DNA of 59,364 bases, filler included, from Trichosphaerium sp. ATCC 40318 (taxonomy: Eukaryota > Protista > Tubulinea): the NCBI GenBank assembly GCA_038496445.1. It is 3 parts of 3 records of this genome, joined end to end, with 100 filler letters (N's around TTAATTAATTAA, not from the genome) between each part and the next. Parts side by side here need not be neighbours in the genome. Positions count along the whole stretch, not along the records: positions 1 to 30,849 come from JALMLS010000128.1; 2 more parts are not named here. The stretch is one strand, 5' to 3'. A program made the translations under genes and the position numbers. Below the pieces are notes generated by a model that was not told where the DNA came from, searched no databases, and was given only the letters and a program-made list of their open reading frames with translations. Within the stretch, counting starts at the first letter, position 1, and each line of letters starts with the position of its first letter. This document shows, piece by piece, positions 10,418 to 23,481 of this stretch.

Positions 10418-13400
10418 TCAGTTTGGATTTATTATGCTATATTTCGCGCTTTTTAGATTAATCCACTCTGCTCCTGCATTACCGTAGATAATTTTCCAGA
10501 AGCGTTGGTGATTGTCGTGGTAGCGCAGTGCATTGTATGCTTCCACAGTTGCCTCCAATGATATGCCACGTAACTCTAAATTAATTCTTTTCCCAACAAT
10601 TTTTAAAGGATCGCTAAAATCTTGCATAGTACGTGTAAGCCGTGGAGTTGCTGTTGTATTTGGTCTAAAAAAATATTAACGCTGGTATTGTTTAGGTAAA
10701 TGCTGTACTGGTAATGGCATGGCGAATAGTCTTCATTATTGTACGGCAGGTTTTCGCTTGGTTTATTTTTTTCTTTTGTTTTTTTTTTTTTTTACTTTTC
10801 GTCACCTGTTTATGCTCTTACACAACAATTATTTGAGAAAGGTCGTATTTTCACGTACTCTTAGGATTTTTTGTTATAGGATTTTTTTTACGCATAAACG
10901 CTAGATCTAGAAGCGTAAACCTCAATTCATAGGAAATGTACGCACCTTTTGACAAAAAGCGAATATTTGCCAATTCTTCAGCAGTAATACATGATCTGAC
11001 TATTAAGCTGTGTTGTACACATTCTTTACTTCCTGTTAACACACGAGCATAGATTTTACCTACAGCAGGGAACTCAAAACTGTGATATTTTCTAAATATA
11101 GTAAGTAATAATTTAATGTTTTGTTTTTGTACTTGACACATCCATAACCTCCTCGTATAAAGAAATGTGATGCTTCAACTTTCTCAGTGGCAATTGATTT
11201 TAATACACTGGCATTAGTATTGCTCAGCTTGTCATTTATAAGGGTACACAACTCTTTATCGTTTAATGGTTTCTTACCAACAGAAATTTCTTGGGACATT
11301 TGCCGCTTCACTAATCTTAGTTAGAAGAATAGTACTAATGTAAAAGGTACATACTATGACCAGCATGGGCATCACATGTATTGTGCCCATGGTAAGATGC
11401 AAAAAAATGCCACTGCACATTGAACTAAATGTAGTGTAAGTAAAAAATAAAAATAAATTAATTACCCCTTTTGTTTGCAGTGTAGACATAAAGTACTGTA
11501 ATGTGAAGGTCCTCCATCAGACCAAATTATTATTTTTTTCTTTCCACGTAAATATTTTGGATCAGTACAAAGCTGCTCCCAAGCATCACGAAAGTATTCG
11601 TAGTTTTGTTTCCGTTCACCTGCATTTGCTAAAAAATCTATGTACTCCCACCACAAATTTAAATCGACACACTTAGCACGTCGTTTAGCTGACAGTGCGA
11701 CAATATTTGGGTCTATTGTGTCTAAAAAAGACATTTAAATACAATAAAAACCTCTTCATACCTTTACAGTGATACACAACAAATACTAGTGCGTGTATGT
11801 GTGTTGCTGTGCGATTTTCTTTAGTAAAATCTGTTAAAATCAAAACTTCATCCCGTGCTAGCTTTTTTTTGTGATTTTTAAACTCTTTTATTTGATGCGA
11901 AGCTTGTTTGATGTGTTCGTCATATTTTTTAACCTCTTCCTTAAGTATTGCCATTGTGGTTACTGCTTGTTGTTTTGGTATAAGCGGGATGGCCAGTTGT
12001 TGATCCTTAGTCAATGAAAATATCTCACGTTTGTATTCTATTCGCTTGATACACTTTTTGCACGAGAAATTGTCAAAATGACACCGTTTAATCCCTTGCA
12101 TCAATAAGTGATTATAAACGCAAAAATAATCAACATACCAGCTTCAAGCTTAAACCTGTGGAATACTTGAGAACAGCGACGTGTTAAACTATTTTCTAAA
12201 CAATATACTTTATATAAACTATACAGGGCTGAAACTAAATAAGGCTTTTTTTGCAAAAGCCATTTTTTTGCCACCAAATACAGCCTTATTTTTCACCAAA
12301 TTGCCTTGTAATTTTGGGCTTTGGAGCCTCATATTTGGGCCAAATAGCAAGCAACTGGTTCACTAATTAGCCTTAAAATAGCCTGCATTGTTGGTCCAAT
12401 AATGCCTCATTTTTTGTGCAACAATAAGGCATTTTTGCCCTCAATTTTTGGGCATAACCCAGGCACCATATACTCATAAAACAAGGCTTTATATAGGCAT
12501 ACAATAGTGATTCATTTATTAAAGTACAGTACACAAAACACAAAAAACTTCAATGTCCTCCATGTGAAAAAAAACCTTTAGTTAAAAAAAAAAATTAACA
12601 AATTATTGGTATAATTTTCGCGGACTGGAAAAATGGTTTAAAGTACCTATACTCCTGTTGTAGGTGGATTTGGGTGCTGCGGTTCGAATGGCGGTGGTTT
12701 CGTTAGAATCCATAAAATACTAAGCGCGTGGTGACGGCGTCTATATAAAACGTCAGTAGTAAATGAAAAAAAAATGTTTAGGAAGTGTTGGTGTGGTGGA
12801 GACTTACCTTAAACCAATGTATCCTTAATGTACAATGTGTACACAACCAATGCCTAATTGGTGCCTATAAATTTAAGGCTGGCAATGCATAAAAAAACTA
12901 GGGCAGGCATTGCCTAAAAAAAACAAGGCATTGCAACAATTAAGGCATTGCCCAACAAAGCCTTATTTCAATGCCTGATTTTTGCCTTTTCTGCCATTGC
13001 CTTTGCAAAATCAGGCATTGCCATTTTTGCATGCCTGATTTTTGCCATCAATGCCTGATTTTAAAAAAATGCCTTCATATTTAAGGCAAAGCCTTGTTTA
13101 GTTTCAGCCCTGTACAACACTTTGTTAGGCATGTATTGTTGGTAGTTGTTGCGTCCAGAAATGGTTGGACACTCTTCATGACAAAATTGCTGAATGATTT
13201 CTTTGTCTGTATCAGGTATTCTCTTTCGTGTGACATTGGCCTTTGTTGTAAGTCAAATGTAAGAGCAGTAAGGTACGTACCTTGTATTTTATATTTAGTA
13301 GTTCTAAGGTGTTTCGCCGGCTCCTTTGTATACTTTTGGTAGAACATTGGGCCATCTAAAAGCATTAGTTGAGAAACAATCATTGAGAACCTTGCCTTTG

Positions 13401-13770
13401 CGGCATCCTTTGCTGGGATGTCTTTAAATAACTTGTTGTACATTTCTTGACGTAAAGGAGAGCAAGGAGGTAAATCTGAAACTAATCTTGTGCTGTTTTT
13501 AACCAATTTTGCACTGTATCCATTCAGCTTGTAGTTGCGAGGGATGCCGTGCTGTTTTTTTATGGATCTTATCTTACGTGGTTTATCTTTGAGCGTAATA
13601 AAGGGTTGTGGCTTCTTTTCTTGGAGTCTCCATTGTTTGTTATCCTTTCGTTTTAGAGTTTGGCGTGGAAAGTGCTTGTAATGGATAGCACAAAGCTCAT
13701 TGTGGTACCTAACACGTGGATACACACACCCAAACACTATACAGGTACACCGTTGTTCATTTGCCATCAT
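10418..13770 (-). CDS. Spliced Sola2-like transposase, interrupted by a MITE
   Basis: Motifs LILTDFTKE, IIIWSDGGPSHY and WHFFASYHGHNTCDAHAGH..KR (three Asp); N-terminal CxxxGC..LCxxH finger, central CKKC, C-terminal VGKRI..KIIYG..EWINL Tudor-like segment. Confidence 0.7.
12224..13112. mobile_element. Non-autonomous TIR element (MITE-A, copy 1)
   Basis: TIR CAGGGCTGAAACTAAA(T/C)AAGGC at both ends; TA flanks both sides; dense AAGGCA/TGCCTT subterminal repeats. Confidence 0.9.
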
Positions 13771-14453
13771 AAAAAATCTAACCGTTAGTTTGGAGATTTT
13801 GGCGAAAACTCGCAGCGAAAGTTTTTATTTCCCCTCTTGCTTCAAACTCCACTACTCCTGCTCTGATTGCTATAGCAGTACTCTATATGCGTAGTAGTGG
13901 TGTATAAAGCATAGACTGGTTCTCGTGAAACCGGACGTGCAAATTTTTTGTCAAAAAAAAAGAAACATGATCAAGTGAAGTCAAACGAACTATGAATTGT
14001 GCCCCATTGTAATGGATGAATTAACAATTTACAGTTTGTCAAATCAATTACGATAGTTGTTTGTATTATAATATAGCTATAGACCTTCCCATTGAGATCT
14101 ACGATAGTTTTTTGAGCGAAGCAGTTGGTTCTTCGTCCACTTTAGCTGGTTTATTACTATTGCGGCTTGTTTCACGTAAATTTGAATGGGCGGTATCATC
14201 AATGCGCTTGTGGCAAGTACGACATAATTATTATCAACTTACAGCTTCAAAATACACAATTGTCAGCAATTCACTTAAACAATGTCAACAAAACTTAATG
14301 ACCTATTTTTACAGGACTTGACGAACAAATACGAGTGGAAACATAAAATAACCTTCCAAGGCTGGACCCACGTTTTTTCCGAATTTTTCGAAAGAAAAAA
14401 TTCGAAAAAATAGAATTCGATACAAAAACCGAATGCCTATACCCACCAATGGA

Positions 14454-14533
14454 TCACTATATGTGAGCAAAGGTCGGGTTTTAGTTCCGAGCACAGCGAG
14501 GACCCGACCGTAAGTGAAGCAGGCGCTTTCTAG
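14454..14533 (+). mobile_element. Mini-Helitron-like insertion (80 bp)
   Basis: A|TC start and CTAG|T end with no TSD; GC-rich hairpin GGTCGGGT...ACCCGACC. Confidence 0.5.
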
Positions 14534-14558
14534 TTTAGTGGACTGCCCTAGCTATGCA

Positions 14559-15552
14559 CAGGGCTGAAACTCAGCTAGGCATTGCCTTAAAAAATGATGC
14601 ATATTCCTAACATTTGGCATTAGATGGCAAAATCAAGGCATTTGCATTTGGCAATGCCCAATAAAATAAGGCATTTTTACAAAAAGGCAATGCTTTCATC
14701 AAAAAGGCATTAATACCAGGCATTTTTGGGCATCTTTTGGCATTGCATAAAATCACGTAATGCCCTGTATTGCAAGTACTTTATGCCTTTATTATGCCTT
14801 ATTTTTTTAAGCAATATATGCCTTGTATTTTAATTCATATATAAGGCATTGCCTATACTATATCATAGAACTGATCACATTAAGGAAGTGGTTTAAGGTA
14901 AGTAACAGTCAAACAACTTTTACACTTTTTTTTTCACATCACCTACTGACGTTTTATATAGATAGGCACCTAACGCTCTTAGTAATTCATGAAATTAGAC
15001 GAAACCACCGCCAAACGAACCGCAGCACTCTATTTCACCTACAACAGTAGTAGGAGTGAACTCCGCGATATTTCCAGGACCGCGGAATTCTAACACTACA
15101 AGGTAAGTTTTTTTTTTTTTTTTCTACACCATCTCATATTTTCTTTAAAGTTTTTTCAAATGTGGACTTAGGAGTTTTGTGTATTGTATGTGTACTGTAT
15201 TATAAAATAAATAGTTGTGTTATTACCTGAAAATGCCCTGGTTTATTAGGCACTGTAGACTATGATAATGCTTACTTTTTGCCTTCAAAATAAGGCATTG
15301 ATGCATGAGTTATGCCCTAATTTGAAGGGCATAATTCCTAAAAATATGCAGGCAAAACCATTGCAATCTTGTGTACCAGATGCAAGCATTTTTCATCAAA
15401 TATAAGGCATTTTTGGAGCAAAAAATAAGGCATTGCCCTGTATTTGCCTTTTTGAATGAGGCAAAAACTAGGCATTTTTGTAAAAAATAAGGCATTATTT
15501 GATGAAAATGCCTAGGCATTGTCCAAAAATGCCTTGTTGAGTTTCAGCCCTG
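14559..15552. mobile_element. MITE-A, copy 2 (inverted relative to copy 1)
   Basis: TIR CAGGGCTGAAACTCA; GCA flanks both ends; AAGGCATT/AATGCC subterminal repeats; core homologous to 12600-12830. Confidence 0.9.
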
Positions 15553-18500
15553 GCATCTTTCTACGAATTCTATTTTTTGTTTTCGGAAAATTCGGAAAAA
15601 ACTATGGCCCCTCCAAGGCAGCGTCAAAAAAATGATTGGACACAAACAATTCGTAAGTACTTGTCTAATAGAATCCCAACAACGCATTAATGCCTCAACA
15701 AATTCTTTCTTTTTTACAAGTACTGACATCAATGATAAAATAGATCTATGCACTTGTTCATGACCACGAAGATACTGCCAATACTTGTAAAATACACGTG
15801 ATAGATACCGATAAATCAAGTATTGTTAAGACAATTCCTCTTGATTTGTTATACGTCACTATGTTTGAACGCAAAGATTTATTGGATGATGACTTGCATT
15901 TAAGTATGACTTGTCTATTTGTGTTTTATGTGCTTACTTATTACAGTTGGTATTCATTATCAGGGACGAACTAATACCCTTTATGATATTTACTTGGATA
16001 CTGGAAAGATACATAAATCTATTGTTCAGCATCAAACTTATCCGTTACAGGTAGAAGTTATTTTGTGGTTTTTTTTGTTTTTTTGTACTCTGACTTCATT
16101 TTTTTAGCATGCTATCATCTAAATCGGGTGTAATTACTCTTTATTATGAGAGTTTTTCCCGCTTACCCTATGATGTTATGAATGTTATAAATTTTGAAGA
16201 TCCAGAGGTGCTACTTGTGTAGCTGTTGGTACATTGGTAAATGATTCTGTGGCGGTTGTATTATCTATTTACACTTTACGCTTGGAATCACCAACACAAG
16301 TTTTCAAAAAAGCAAAGAAGTGCATGCATGCAGAAGCAGCTTTAGGTGGGATTGTAACACCAGAAGGGGATGTGTAGTTAATTAATAGCGACAAGACTAA
16401 GATATCAAAGTTGTACAATAACTTTGATAAGGTACTCTAACATACGGATTTCTTTCCTTCTTTTGACCTTTAATCATGTGGAGTGCTTCTCTGACAAGAA
16501 AACAAACTTTTTGACAATGTAGTTAATGACGAACTGTCGAAATTCTTTTTTTTACAGGAAGTGTATTATTTTTGTTCGTGATTTTTTCAATTGCTATTTT
16601 TGGTATTTGATTGATTCATGTTGATTACGAAAAATTAGCCAAACTATACAGCTAGCGCTAGTTACACTATTATTTTCTTACTTTTGGATTTCTAGGGACG
16701 ATTTTTGTAAGCAGTTCACACTTTCAAAAAAAGTCTAGCACACCTCAAAAACGTTATTTTTGGCCAAATTTTGGGTATGCTTCAGAGCACATTTGTATCT
16801 ACAATTTGGTTGAACCAGAACTTGCTGGTAATTAATAGCATACTTCAATCAACTATTTCATTGAATCTAAAACCGAGTTTTTTCTGCCTGGGATCATTTT
16901 CTTCTCCTCTAACACCACCATGTTTTGCAGGTAATTCTTGAACACCATAGTGATTAAGGATTACATTCTGTCGTTTCTTGCATTTGTTATCACTTTCAGT
17001 GTTCCACATAAAGCTATCATCACCTGTTTCTATACCTGATTGCTGTAAATTGGTCATTATTTTGAACAATCATTCTAACCCACAGATACCTTTTTCAAAT
17101 CTTTCCTTTTGGCGGCAGGTGCTTAATAAACCATTGTCTATCTATATGCAGTTATAAAGTATTTGATTACTTAGGTATCAAAACACGGAGGTTACTTTTT
17201 CACAGAAGTTGATGAACATAATAGTTAAATGAAAATGTCAAAATACTCACTCTTGCTTGGTACTTTATTGAATCAGAGGTCCATAAAGCTTGCTGTAGTT
17301 ATGTTTTACCACTACAGAAGTTTTAGAGACAGAACTTACTTTTTACATGGAGATACTTCAGTACTTACCAAAAACAGTTTCTCGGCAGAGACAAAGTCGA
17401 AGACTTTTGCAGCGGTGAAAAGAAAGGCCAACAGAAGCATCTTGACTTCTCACCCTTCTCTCTCTCACCTCTCGCTCGTCGCGTTTCCAACGTCCTTCAA
17501 TAAACAAGCTATCGCGATCTCTACCCACCACCCCCCGCTACGCTCCGCCTGAGCACCTTTTCTAGCTCGTTGAGCCTTTTCTTTCTTTTGGCGGCTCTAG
17601 TGAGGCTGACATTGCGTGTGCATTTTATCGCCAATCACGTCCCAGTTCAATCTGTCTTCTGTCACTGTCCAGTTTTCTTGAAACTATGCTGCTACAATTG
17701 TTTAACTATTGCTGAAAGTTATGCTGTATCATATACAGTGCATGGACTGTACTTTCAAAGAGTAAGTGACCTTCAATTACTCATGATATTTCATAAAACG
17801 TAAAATTGCTTATGGTAATGTAGGGACAGAATATTGGAATTTACAGATTACGCAAGGCTGTACAGACTTGAAACCCTTCTTAACATATGTCAAATAGCTA
17901 TTAAATGTATGTACACCATTTAAACGCTTGTACACGCTTGCCCTACATCGGTATTGGGGAACTCGATTTGACTAGAATATTAACACAGCAAACCAACGTT
18001 TTAAGCGTTTTCCGAGCGATAAACGCCGTTTAAAGGTACATTGTACATACACGTTCATATTGTGGTACCATAAGCTTTATTTTAGCCCATAACGCATCAA
18101 TTTATTTGCAAGAGCGGTTTATGATGATTACACGCTCGAATCATCTGCTTATTCTCAATGAAGCTCTATTGAAGCTTTTTTAGCTATGTATTAAAAAAAT
18201 ACACCAAAAAACATGTAAAAAAGTAAATAATTTATTTCACACTTAGAACATAACAATAGAGCCATTCGTTCTAGAGATACATTAACACACGCTAAAGCTT
18301 TGATATAAGAGGTGTGAACCGCTTACAAAAATAGTCCCTAAGTATGTCACGATAGCGATTCAAGGAAGCGATAAAATAAAGGGAAAATATACAGCTGTAG
18401 CGCTAAAAAACAATCTATATGCTTGTTTTGGAGAAGCAACTTATAGAAAGCTACATGGGCAAACAAGGCATCAAGAGCGTCATACAACACATCTTTATCA

Positions 18501-19126
18501 AATGGAATCAGTTGGCAGCTTTTATGAGAGTGCAACTGAAACGCTGAAGAATCATAAACAAGACATGGAAGTGTTTGGAGATGACAGTGACGATTACTAA
18601 ATTAATGAAACTAAAAGACCTATCCACCTTACACCTAAGTGCATATTGTCTCGTTAAAATGGAAACAACACATTGCGTCATGAGTCTGAGTTTTATATTT
18701 ATTGCATTTTGAGAAATCAGAAACAAATTTCATATGCAGTAAGTCACGTGTACGTATTGCTCGTAGGAGTGAAATTTTTTTTTATTGTTTGACCCTTCGC
18801 ATTGTTCATCAGTTAGGGTGCAGGTAGATAATTTACATATCGCTTTTACATTAGTTCTTAACACTATGACCGAACATCCTTGTTAGAATTAGCAGTTGTT
18901 AAACTAAGACCGTAAGAACGTACATATGCACCCCAAGATCCTGTGAGTGTGCAACCAATATCATCACAGCAATTCTTACACATTATCGCAGGTGTGTATG
19001 GACGTTCTGGCGTGACAAATCGGGATCTGATTTCTTTATACAGTCATTGTAGAAATTTCGCATTTTTTAGTGTTTTTTTAGGCAGCGACCGCCTAAAATC
19101 GTCATTCTTTGTCCGATTTTGCTCTG

Positions 19127-21916
19127 ATGACCATTTATAGAGTAATTACAGCAACTGTGGTCCTGTGCCACGTATTTTGTACTGTCGCTTTGTTTTTTAT
19201 ATTCTTTGCTCTAATGCTTTAGTTTGTATGGCAATGTTTGCAGAGCCGAAATTCAATGCGTTTATGGATGTTAGCGAAATTAAACCAGAGTTTAGCACTT
19301 TTCTTGCTGCTGATGTAGCATTTGGCGTCTCAAACGCTGGTCCATCATATTTCTACGCTGTTCAAGGTAAATGTCACTTCATTTACTTGGTTGACTTCAA
19401 AAAGGCGCAAACCAATTATCATTAGATGTAGCTACACCTACAAGTACGTAAAAGCGCCTAAAAGACTTGTAACTCAGAAAAAATTGTAAAACCGTTTAAA
19501 CCCAACAAAGAAGTGTCACGGCTCATGCTTTATTACTGTACTGGCGTCTCAAGCCGTGACAACAGTACATTGATAGTTGTAGAGTTGTTTTCGTTTGGCA
19601 TTTTGGGATTTTTCCCTTACAGATGTTCTAGGTTTCTTTAATGGCGAGAACATAAGTATAGGGATAAATTTTGACGATCATACTGGACCTGTCATCGAGT
19701 ATGGTGACCAGACAGCAGCATTCGTTTACCTAAACGCAGCGGGAATGCTGTCATATAGAATAATAAGCTATTTGGTGCGGCACCTTTTTGTTTCCTCAGT
19801 ACTTGTAAACTTCTTTGTTTTTTCTCATTTTTTTCGATAATAGGGAGGTGTCTTGAACCCAGGAACGGAAAATGAGTTGATGGATAGTACTACTAATACT
19901 GGTTTTGAGTACTTTGTTTCTTTTGATAAGTCAGCATTTTTAGGTGAGTGAGAAACCTTCTTTCGTTTTTTTTTTTGGTTTTCTTTTTTCAAGTCCACCT
20001 GAAAGTCAGCACATTTTTTAGTAGAACACAGCCTCTGATGTAAGTAATTGCACTCAGATTTGATAGAAAACAAATACCTATTTTTTGGCTGTAGGATTCA
20101 TTCTACTGAATATGCGGTGAGCATTTCAGAGATATTTATTCCACAGCAGTGACAAACTTTTTATATCTTGTTGGTACTAAGATTTAACAGAAACTGGAGC
20201 CGAAAGATTTCTTGTTTATGCGGTATTCTCCCTTTCAGATGATCCATACTATTTTTTAATTTCTAATGATACTTCACCTACTACCCGCACACTGTCTATA
20301 AGTACGATTGATTGTTGATGCAAAGTTTTGTTAACTTGTGTCAAGATTTTCTTGATTTTCTTGATGTTCAGCAAGACATCATTCATATGAACGCTCAAGG
20401 CTGTTTTGTAAAGCCTAATGTAGCTGATCAATCATTTTTTCATGTAATAGTATACCAGAGAGTAGACGCTTTGCTTGGATCCATTGAAGTAAGTTAAGAA
20501 AATTTTCCTGTTTTTTTCTTATTTTTATGTGCACCTTTCTTATAGTACTATAGCAGGTTGGGGTGTTACACCAAGCACAAGGTGTACCATCTATTATAGA
20601 TTTTAATAGCATATCCTTTACATCACTTGATGATACCCTATTCGCTATTGAAGTCAATGATACCAGCTTAAATATTATATCAACAAAAGTAAACTGCTCA
20701 GACAATGATACTCCCTTTCTACCATCCTCTATAAACACAGTTGATATACCTAGTATATTACCTCAAGTGACCGCTATTCTAGTATTAGATAGCGCTATTA
20801 ATATAGATTTATTAATTGTGTATGCAGAGACAGGATCAAGAGTTACAATCCAAGCGTACAATGTATGTATTGATGAAGATTTCTTTTTAACTTTACAATG
20901 ATAGCATATCACAGAAGTGTTCCTTACAACATACACAACTAATACATTAAGTGCTAGTACAATAACTAAACTAAGTGCTACATTTGATAGAGTAGAGTGT
21001 GTGGTAACGGTACGCATAAGTTGTTTTATTTTTTTCCACTTTTTTTTTTAGATTTCTGACCTAACCACATTGGAAGGTTCTCGCCTTTTTTGACGATAAT
21101 ACAACAAATATTATCTTTTATAACGAGTCAGTTGGTGTATTCTATTGTTCACCTCCAGCTCCAACAGAACCACCAACTACAATCGAACCTACAGCGCCAC
21201 CAGTACCTACTCCAACAACGCCAACACCAACATCCCCAACTGTTGTAGTACCTACAGCAACACCAGTAACTACACCAACATCACCAACTGCTGTAGTACC
21301 TACAGTACCAACAGTATCTTCTCCAACACCAACACCAACACTCCCAACTGTCGTAGTACCTACAGCAACACCAGTAGCTACGCCAACATCACAAACACTA
21401 AGAAACCCATCAGCAAGAATAGTTTACACAATTATCATAGATGAAGGTATTCCATTAGAAATTCCTTCCAATCAGACGTTTGATGACTTAGAAGTCATAT
21501 TTATTAATGAAATAATACCTATCCCCATCACATCTTGTCCAAACATATCTCAGATTAATATATCTTTCAAAAACAAAACAACTTTCGAAGCTATCCTTGA
21601 ACAAGGTAATTTCACATTGTTCAATCTTTCTGTACAATGTTTAATCTTTGATACTATTCAAATAACAGTGACAACACCAGATAATCAACAATGTACTACA
21701 GATACGTTAAAACAACTTAAATCTCTTGTTGTATTAATATCTTCATGTAATACAAATGAGCAAGATGGATTAAGTCAAAGAAGCTTAATTACTTACTCTT
21801 TAATTGCTGTATGTATCGTTATAATACTTTCTATAGTAATAGTGATATCAATTACTTTGTACCTAAGAGTAAAAAGAACTCGAGTAATAACTACTAATGC
21901 TCCTGTAATAGCTTGA
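19127..21916 (+). CDS. Type I cell-surface glycoprotein with Pro/Thr-rich stalk (spliced; start uncertain)
   Basis: Many NxS/T sites; PTVVVPTATPV repeats 21150-21395; transmembrane segment LITYSLIAVCIVIILSIVIVISITLYL followed by RVKR. Confidence 0.65.
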
Positions 21917-22761
21917 AAGACATACTACCAAATAAAAAAAAAACGGAGTTTGTTTGACTATCCATAAAGTCAATGTGTACTTAAAGCCAACTCAGTTGTA
22001 ACGTTTGCCCAGTAGATGGACTGTCCTTGCTATGTTAAGATGGAATGTACACATAATCAAGATATTAGTCACGAGACAGCGTAAGAATGGAACATTAAAA
22101 TAGCACTTGCCATATAGTAAAGTGTATCATTCTTTGAATTTGTAGTACTTTTTTGTGCTTACACGACAGAATTAGTGAGGATATGTCATGCACTTAACAA
22201 CCAAGTTAACAAACCCTACGCTATTCTTGTCGTGCAGCAGTTTTTCTATTGATTATTTCCCATCCCTACATGTGCCAAATTGGGAAGGTTTCTTTATCAA
22301 ACCCAAAAAAAGGCCCAAGAAAGTAGTACTGTAAAATAGCGTGCACTGTATATCCGAAAATAGATTTATGACACTATATGAAAGTTCACGTCCCGTTACC
22401 CGACCGCCACTTTGCTGGATGTGAATGTTAAAATCTTTGATGGGCTTGCGCAAAACACGGAACGGCAGAACTGCCAACAGCAAATCCCAAGCCACCTAAA
22501 GAAAGCTATTAAAACAACCAAAAAACTAGCTCTACCAAGAAAATTAGAGGTTTGTGTAAAGCAAGTAAACTTAAAACATGTTTATTTGCTTACTGTAACT
22601 CACTCAAGGCTAAACTCACTTGAGTCACTTAGCACTGTACGTTCTTTTTAATTCGACCAATGAATGCATTAATGTTGGCATTTGGTAGATGATGTTGTGT
22701 AATCACTACGTATAATGTCATTATCAAAAATATGTTTATTAACGAAGTTAAGAACTTTTGG

Positions 22762-23481
22762 TTACCTCAACACGTATAGTCTTTTTAGTTGGCCACTTTC
22801 ATGCCACTCTTTTTGTTCACCATGTAGTTTACCCTCAATCCAAATATATTGTTCCTTCAGTTGTCCTGTTTCATACCACTCTTTTTGTTCACCATGTAGT
22901 TTACCCTCAACCCATATAGATTGTCCCTTCAGTTGTCCAGTTTCATACCACTTTTTTTGTTCTCCATGTTGTTTACCATCAACGCACCTGTATTGTCCCT
23001 TCAATTGTCCACTTTCATACCACTCTTTGCCTTCACCATGTAGCTCATCCCTAACCCACATAGATTGGTGTTCAAGTTGTCCAGTTTCATACCATTCTTT
23101 GGTTTCACCATGTTGTCTATCATCAACCCACATGTATTGTCCCTTCAGTTGACCACTTTGATACCATTCTTTCTCTTCACCATGTTGTTTATTATCAATT
23201 GTTGCAAATTGTGACTTCAAGATACCGTTCTCATACCAGCTCTTACATAATCCACTCTTATATTTGTGAGCCATTACTGTCCCACTTTTGTACCATTTTA
23301 TCCATTTTCCTTTCCTTTCTAATCTCTCATCAAAGTGTGTATTGATTGCTGCTCTTTTCGAAAGTGTATGGAATTTAGTAAATGCCTCAACATTGAAAGT
23401 GCAAATATATAGTTGGAGTTCACGTGGAATATCAAGTATAGTAAAAGAACACGTGCTGTCTTTTGTTACTTTTTCGTTCAC
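22762..23481 (-). CDS. F-box-like + MORN-variant repeat protein
   Basis: ILDIPRELQLYI..LSKRAAINTHFD, then about seven 24-aa repeats G.LHGEQKEWYETGQLK. Confidence 0.85.
   Translation of the reverse strand: MNEKVTKDSTCSFTILDIPRELQLYICTFNVEAFTKFHTLSKRAAINTHFDERLERKGKWIKWYKSGTVMAHKYKSGLCKSWYENGILKSQFATIDNKQHGEEKEWYQSGQLKGQYMWVDDRQHGETKEWYETGQLEHQSMWVRDELHGEGKEWYESGQLKGQYRCVDGKQHGEQKKWYETGQLKGQSIWVEGKLHGEQKEWYETGQLKEQYIWIEGKLHGEQKEWHESGQLKRLYVLR

Larger units (their letters stand above)
10283..13936 (-). mobile_element. DNA transposon with Sola2-like DDD transposase
   Basis: Perfect 18-bp inverted repeat GTCCGGTTTCACGAGAAC (10283-10300 and 13919-13936) encloses the transposase; exact ends and TSD are ambiguous (GT flanks both ends). 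Confidence 0.7.
14363..15611. mobile_element. Non-autonomous TIR element with 8-bp TSD (Merlin/MULE/hAT-type duplication length)
   Basis: TSD TCCAAGGC at 14355-14362 and 15612-15619; imperfect TIRs of about 50 bp (GTTTTTTCCGAATTTT..AAAAAATAGAATTCG); excision restores the host reading frame. Confidence 0.8.
14012..16440 (+). pseudogene. F-box gene disrupted by nested transposons
   Basis: DLPIEIYDSFL..LRLVSRKFEWAVSSMRLWQ F-box; removing 14363-15619 restores the exon DLTNKYEWKHKITFQGSVKKMIGHKQF; downstream exons look degraded. Confidence 0.6.

Noticed and set aside
10283-15611. Fanzor/TnpB cargo in the transposons
   Set aside because: No RuvC motifs or TnpB-type zinc finger recognisable in any frame.
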